The notes beneath the pieces were generated by a model that saw only the letters and a program-made list of their open reading frames with translations, made no database searches and was not told the DNA's origin. Positions 26,309 through 31,282 of a stretch of DNA of 31,282 nucleotides are shown one piece after another. Position 1 is the stretch's first letter. Each line of letters opens with the position of its first letter. Where the stretch lies: positions 1 through 31,282 of IMG/VR virus record IMGVR_UViG_3300032218_004080; one strand, written 5' to 3'. A program made the translations under genes and the position numbers. This DNA is from a virus (taxonomy: Duplodnaviria; Caudoviricetes).

Positions 26309-26315
26309 ATAAATA
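26308..26315 (+). promoter_or_regulatory. T4-type late promoter
   Basis: TATAAATA abutting the terminator T tract. Confidence 0.8.
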
Positions 26316-26348
26316 TCAATAGAAAAAGAATTTTTGTGGGTATCCAAA

Positions 26349-27188
26349 ATGTCAGTTTTTGGTAAAATAGATGCAAAAGCATTAGCAAATAATATTGCTG
26401 TTGTCAACGGTAATGCAACAATCACACTTGCAAGTGGTAGCTTTCTTGATAGTGCGACCAATAATTACATTAATCAGGGAGATATTTTAGTTATTTCTGG
26501 TGTATCATATTTTGTAAGAAAAATTACTGATGCTACTCATTTAGATCTGCATAAGGTTTATGCAGGTTCAACTGGAACAGTTTCTGCAGCAAGTGTAATT
26601 CGCAGAACTGCACCTAAGGCTGTAGCAAGATATGTAATTGAAGGTGGAGATTCTAATACGGGAACTTTATATTTTGTAGATAATACTGAAGCAAGTTTAA
26701 ACGAAAATCGTTCTCGTGGTATTGATGGTCCTGGATGGTGGGTTTATAAAACTTTTGTAGATTCTGAAGGAAATACTCGCAATAAGGCAGAAAAAATTGC
26801 ACACGTTAAAGAAACCTCAGCAAATGCTGGTGATTGGACTGATGATGCTAAAGTTGCTGATGTTGCATCTGCAGTAACTATTACTGCCCAACCAACGGCA
26901 GTTACTGGAGCATCTGATCCTTATACTGGAACCTTTACAATTAGTACTTCAACATCTGGTACTCCTGGAACTCTTACTTATCAGTGGCAATATCAAACTG
27001 CCTTACAATCGGTTAAGTGGACAGATCTTGCAAATTCTTCACCATTTTCTGGTGCAACTGGAGCAACACTTACACTTACTGCTGCTGCTAAGGCAACCTA
27101 TAATGGTTATAAATTCCGCGTGAAAATTAATTCGCTTGGCGGAACTGAAGAAGTAATTTCTAACTCTGCATCATTAACTTACGCATGA
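26349..27188 (+). CDS. Virion structural protein with C-terminal Ig-like domain
   Basis: ITAQPT...LTYQWQ...W.DL...GATGATLTL...GYKFRVKI...SNSASLT; T/S/A/G-rich; start ATG 26349. Confidence 0.75.
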   Translation: MSVFGKIDAKALANNIAVVNGNATITLASGSFLDSATNNYINQGDILVISGVSYFVRKITDATHLDLHKVYAGSTGTVSAASVIRRTAPKAVARYVIEGGDSNTGTLYFVDNTEASLNENRSRGIDGPGWWVYKTFVDSEGNTRNKAEKIAHVKETSANAGDWTDDAKVADVASAVTITAQPTAVTGASDPYTGTFTISTSTSGTPGTLTYQWQYQTALQSVKWTDLANSSPFSGATGATLTLTAAAKATYNGYKFRVKINSLGGTEEVISNSASLTYA

Positions 27189-27197
27189 TAATTTAAT

Positions 27198-27569
27198 ATG
27201 AGATTTGATGAGTTGAATGAAAGTAATTATTTAATTTTTGCTATAAAATTCTACGATAATCCGCAAGCAGTTACTAAAGAAGATTTTGATGAGGATTTGA
27301 AGAGAATTAGATATATCAAAAAATTACTGAGAAAGTATAAAAAAGATGGAGTTTTAAAATCACATCTTTTATTAAATCATTTAATAGTTCTTTTTAATGT
27401 TTTTAATGATGCTGCTATTCCTCTTTTATTCTATAATTTAGAAAAAGATCTTTGGCCATCTTTAAAAAGTTTTTTATTATTTTTAAATAGGATTCCAGAG
27501 TATCCAAAAACTAAACTTAATGAAATATGTGAGGACGAATATTGTAGTTCTGTTTTAAGTTCTATCTAA
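27198..27569 (+). CDS. Conserved T4-like hypothetical protein
   Basis: FAIKFYDNP...EDLKRIRYIKKLL...LLLNHLIVLFNVF pattern. Confidence 0.75.
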   Translation: MRFDELNESNYLIFAIKFYDNPQAVTKEDFDEDLKRIRYIKKLLRKYKKDGVLKSHLLLNHLIVLFNVFNDAAIPLLFYNLEKDLWPSLKSFLLFLNRIPEYPKTKLNEICEDEYCSSVLSSI

Positions 27570-27802
27570 TGAATATAGATAAAATTATAGAAATTATTCA
27601 TAAGTTAAAAGAAGATGCTGTTGTTGGTGGGATGACAACAGGAAGTTCTGGACCTATTGCTGGATATAGTGAAAAATCACCAGCAGAAGGTCCAAGTGCT
27701 GGTATTACTCCAAAAGTTGGAAAAATACATCGTAGAAATAAATATGCAACAGGTGGATATAAATCACGTTCCCCATGGTTAAAATACCTAAAGGAGAAAT
27801 AA
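27569..27802 (+). CDS. Hypothetical protein
   Basis: 77 aa, TAATG-coupled; Gly-rich and basic after LKE. Confidence 0.65.
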   Translation: MNIDKIIEIIHKLKEDAVVGGMTTGSSGPIAGYSEKSPAEGPSAGITPKVGKIHRRNKYATGGYKSRSPWLKYLKEK

Positions 27803-27803
27803 A

Positions 27804-28226
27804 ATGTTTCCACCATCATCTACAGAAACAAAAATAGCATTACTTGAAGAGCGCATTAATGTTTATGAGCAGATGATGCAAAGAATTGATACGGCAATTC
27901 AAAAAATTGGAGAAACAAGTCAAAATATCAGTCAAATGCTTGCTATTCATAATGAAAAGATTGAGCAATGTAATAGAACAGATAATATTATTGTCAATAT
28001 GATTGAAGATATTAAAAAATCTTCAAAAGAACAACATGATGCAATCAGTAAAGAGTTGAGTGAAAGAATTGAAAAAGTAGAAGAAAAGGTGGAGTCAATA
28101 TCTCAGTTTAAATGGAAAGCGGTTGGAGCAATTGCAATAGTTGCATTTTTGATAGGAATCATTCCAACAGTAAGTTCCCTCTTGACACGACCATCTTCTC
28201 AGGTTACAATAGAGCAAGGAAAATAA
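27804..28226 (+). CDS. Coiled-coil protein with C-terminal transmembrane helix
   Basis: Heptad-rich aa 10-100, then WKAVGAIAIVAFLIGIIP; AAGGAG SD. Confidence 0.72.
   Translation: MFPPSSTETKIALLEERINVYEQMMQRIDTAIQKIGETSQNISQMLAIHNEKIEQCNRTDNIIVNMIEDIKKSSKEQHDAISKELSERIEKVEEKVESISQFKWKAVGAIAIVAFLIGIIPTVSSLLTRPSSQVTIEQGK
28182..28210 (+). promoter_or_regulatory. Sigma70-type promoter for primase/nrdA
   Basis: TTGACA-17 nt-TACAAT. Confidence 0.72.
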
Positions 28227-28238
28227 AGCACCTTCATA

Positions 28239-29213
28239 ATGGATTTGATTGATTCCAAGTATATTGGACTTGTATCTTCGCGTCTTCAAAAATTTAAAAG
28301 GGTTAAAGCGGATCTCTACAACTTCCGTTGCCCTATCTGTGGGGACTCACAGAAGAACAAGAACAAAACAAGAGGATATATCTATCCAGTAAAGAATAAT
28401 ACAAACTTTAAGTGTCATAATTGTGGTGCTAGTTTATCGTTTAATAATTTTCTTAAAGAGATAGACCCAGTTCTTCATAAGCAGTATACGCTTGAGAAGT
28501 TCAAAGAGGGGCACACTGGTAGAAACTTTGTGGTTGAGGAACCTAAGTTTGAGTTTACAAAACCATCATTTAAAAAAAAATTAGATTTGCCAAAAGCATC
28601 AGAGAATGAAGTTGCAAAAAAGTATCTTGAAAAAAGACTTCTAAATCCAGAAAAGTTTTATTTTGCTAACAAATTTCAAGAATGGACTAACACTCAAAAA
28701 CCCACATTTAGTAGGATCGTAAGAGATGAGAGTCGTATAGTAATACCACTACACACTAGAGAAGGTGAAATCTTTGGATTTCAAGGAAGATCACTAGGTC
28801 CCAGTAGTGTTAAATATATTACGGTGATTTTAGATGAAAGTATTCCCAAAGTTTATGGATTAGAAAGAGTAAACACAGATGAAACAATCTATGTTACTGA
28901 AGGTCCCTTTGATTCAACATTTGTTCAAAATGCCATCGCAATGTGTGGATCGGATATTTTACTGGATAGTCTTAATTTGGGCAACAATATTGTGTACGTT
29001 CTTGATAATGAACCTAGGAACAAAGAAATCTGTAATAGGATTTCAAAACTCATCGATAGGGGTGAGAAAGTAGTAATTTGGCCAAAGTCAATTGCTGAAA
29101 AAGACATTAATGATATGGTGCTTGCTGGACTTTCAGTTATGGATGTGTTAAAATCAAATACATATAGAGCACTAGAAGCAAAAATCAAATTCAACGAATG
29201 GAAAAAAGTATGA
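28239..29213 (+). CDS. gp61: DNA primase gp61
   Basis: Zn finger CPICGDS...CHNC; TOPRIM EGPFDS, DNEPRN, KDINDM. Confidence 0.96.
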   Translation: MDLIDSKYIGLVSSRLQKFKRVKADLYNFRCPICGDSQKNKNKTRGYIYPVKNNTNFKCHNCGASLSFNNFLKEIDPVLHKQYTLEKFKEGHTGRNFVVEEPKFEFTKPSFKKKLDLPKASENEVAKKYLEKRLLNPEKFYFANKFQEWTNTQKPTFSRIVRDESRIVIPLHTREGEIFGFQGRSLGPSSVKYITVILDESIPKVYGLERVNTDETIYVTEGPFDSTFVQNAIAMCGSDILLDSLNLGNNIVYVLDNEPRNKEICNRISKLIDRGEKVVIWPKSIAEKDINDMVLAGLSVMDVLKSNTYRALEAKIKFNEWKKV

Positions 29214-31282
29214 GTAACGGGACTAAAGTAATAAAAAGATCTGGAAGTACTGAGAATTTAGATCTGAATAAACTTCATATTATGGTTGAGGAAGCATGTA
29301 GAGATCTTGCTGGTGTTTCCGCATCACAAGTTGAAATGCAATCTGGTATTCAATTTTATGATGGCATTACAACCGCAGAAATTCAAGAAATTTTGATTCG
29401 CTCTGCTTCTGATTTGATTGATTTGGAGCATCCTAATTATCAGTTTGTTGCTGCTCGTTTGCTTCTATTTGCTGTTCGCAAACAGTTATTTGGTGGAATG
29501 TACGAATGTCCTACTGTTCTTCAGCATACCCAAAAATGTGTTGAACTAGGAATTTATGATGCAGAGATTCTTTCTCTGTACAACGACGAAGAGTTTGAAA
29601 AACTTCAGTCATTTATTGATCATGGTCGTGATTATTTGTTTACCTATGCTGGTCTTCGGCAGGTAGTTGATAAATACCTTGTACAAGACAGAAGTACTGG
29701 GGAACTTTACGAAACGCCACAGTTTATGTATCTTTTGATTGCGGCGACTATTTTCTCTAAGTATCCTAAAGAAACACGTTTAGATTACGTTCGGAGGTAT
29801 TATGATGCAATCTCCAAGCACAAAATCAACATTCCAACTCCCATCATGGCAGGAGTTAGAACGCCACTTAGACAATACGCTAGTTGTGTTCTTGTTGATA
29901 TTGATGACACCCTCGATAGCATCGGTAGTAGCGATTTGGCTATTATGCGCTATGTTGCTCAAAGGGCGGGCATCGGTATCAACGCAGGCAGAATCCGTGG
30001 TATCAACAGCAAAATCCGAGGCGGAGAAGTTGCTCATACTGGGGTTGTCCCATTCCTCAAGAAGTTTGAAGCAACTGTCAGATGCTGTACACAGAATGGC
30101 ATCAGAGGTGGAAGCGCAACGGTCCACTTTCCAATCTGGCACCAAGAAATAGAAGATATTCTTGTATTAAAAAATAACAAAGGAACTGAAGATAATCGTG
30201 TTCGTAAGTTAGACTATAGTATCCAAATCAGCAAAATCTTCTATGAACGATTCATCCAAAACGGAGAAATTACACTCTTCTCTCCACACGACGTTCCTGG
30301 TTTGTATGATGCTTTTGGCACTGATAGATTTGACGACCTTTATGTGGGTTATGAACGAGATGCATCTGTTCCAAGAAAAACTATTGGCGCTCAAGAACTC
30401 TTTTTGGACCTCTTAAAAGAACGTGCTGAGACTGGTCGCATTTACATCATGAATATTGACCATTGCAATTCTCATTCATCTTTTGTTGATAAAGTTGAAA
30501 TGAGTAATCTTTGTCAAGAAATTACTTTACCTACAAAACCTATTCAGCATATTGATGATCCTAATGGTGAAATTGCTCTTTGTATTCTTTCTGCTATCAA
30601 CGTTGGTAAAATCAGGGATCTTGAAGATTTTCAAGTTCTTTGCGATCTTGCTGTTAGGAGTCTTGATGAACTCATTGATTTCCAAGGATATCCCGTTAAA
30701 GCAGCAGAACTTGCCACCAGAGCACGTCGTTCACTTGGTGTAGGTTATATTGGTCTTGCTCACTATCTTGCCAAACATGGTGAACACTATGATGATCCTG
30801 GTGCCTGGAAACTGGTTCACGATCTGACTGAGGCATTCCAGTATTATCTGATTCGGGCAACTGTCAATCTTGCTAAAGAAAAAGGTGCATGTGAATATTC
30901 ACACAGAACCAAGTATGGGCAAGGTATTCTTCCTATAGATACTTACAAAAGAGATGTAGACGAAATTGTACCTAACGAACTTAAGTATGATTGGGAAGGT
31001 CTTAGAGAACAGGTCAAGCAATATGGAGTACGGAACTCAACACTGTCCGCACAGATGCCATCGGAGAGCAGTTCCGTTGTGTCAAATGCCACAAATGGAA
31101 TTGAACCACCTAGGGGATATTTGTCCGTTAAAAAATCTAAAAAAGGTCCACTTAAGCAAATTGTTCCTCAGTATCAAACACTTAAGAACAATTATACGCT
31201 TCTTTGGGATATGCCTAGCAATCGTGGTTATATTAATATTGTTGCAGTTATGCAAAAGTTCTTTGATCAAGCGATTTCTGGA
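29210..31282 (+). CDS. nrdA: Class Ia ribonucleotide reductase alpha subunit (3' truncated by window)
   Basis: MSNGTKVIKRSG ATP cone, PTPIMAG, ASCVL, SNLCQEI, RNSTLSAQMPSESSS; frame open to window end. Confidence 0.96.
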   Translation, partial: MSNGTKVIKRSGSTENLDLNKLHIMVEEACRDLAGVSASQVEMQSGIQFYDGITTAEIQEILIRSASDLIDLEHPNYQFVAARLLLFAVRKQLFGGMYECPTVLQHTQKCVELGIYDAEILSLYNDEEFEKLQSFIDHGRDYLFTYAGLRQVVDKYLVQDRSTGELYETPQFMYLLIAATIFSKYPKETRLDYVRRYYDAISKHKINIPTPIMAGVRTPLRQYASCVLVDIDDTLDSIGSSDLAIMRYVAQRAGIGINAGRIRGINSKIRGGEVAHTGVVPFLKKFEATVRCCTQNGIRGGSATVHFPIWHQEIEDILVLKNNKGTEDNRVRKLDYSIQISKIFYERFIQNGEITLFSPHDVPGLYDAFGTDRFDDLYVGYERDASVPRKTIGAQELFLDLLKERAETGRIYIMNIDHCNSHSSFVDKVEMSNLCQEITLPTKPIQHIDDPNGEIALCILSAINVGKIRDLEDFQVLCDLAVRSLDELIDFQGYPVKAAELATRARRSLGVGYIGLAHYLAKHGEHYDDPGAWKLVHDLTEAFQYYLIRATVNLAKEKGACEYSHRTKYGQGILPIDTYKRDVDEIVPNELKYDWEGLREQVKQYGVRNSTLSAQMPSESSSVVSNATNGIEPPRGYLSVKKSKKGPLKQIVPQYQTLKNNYTLLWDMPSNRGYINIVAVMQKFFDQAISG

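Noticed and set aside
29780-30743. Short ORFs listed by the track in this region
   Set aside because: Alternative frames within nrdA, which the track missed because it has no stop in the window

Overview
A 31 kb, AT-rich, entirely plus-strand segment of a T4-like cyanophage-type myovirus (Kyanoviridae-like; host not determinable from this window). It holds the recombination/replication core in typical order: uvsW (partial), gp55, gp47, gp46, cobT-like/cobS, gp45, gp44, dam, gp62, regA, hsp20, gp43, uvsX, gp41, mazG, two tRNAs, a late-promoter block of probable virion proteins, gp61 primase and nrdA (partial). Accessory items: a short UDP-glucose dehydrogenase, a pyrimidine-dimer glycosylase-like gene, a free-standing HNH endonuclease, an HTH plus PD-(D/E)XK pair next to dam, and a 2OG-Fe(II) oxygenase. 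Most notable observations: (i) late-promoter proteins with T4 capsid-targeting-like N-termini, one in an ORF missed by the track, plus acidic/basic polyprotein-like proteins, suggesting a head-packaged cargo system; (ii) a controller-nuclease-methylase-like cassette; (iii) a repeated 20-bp box + hairpin + -10 regulatory cassette; (iv) an antisense sigma70 promoter back-to-back with the gp55 promoter; (v) a tRNA-Leu without a long variable arm; (vi) a cytidyltransferase-like gene that seems to lack its catalytic domain. Family assignments rest on visual motif recognition only; no searches were run.
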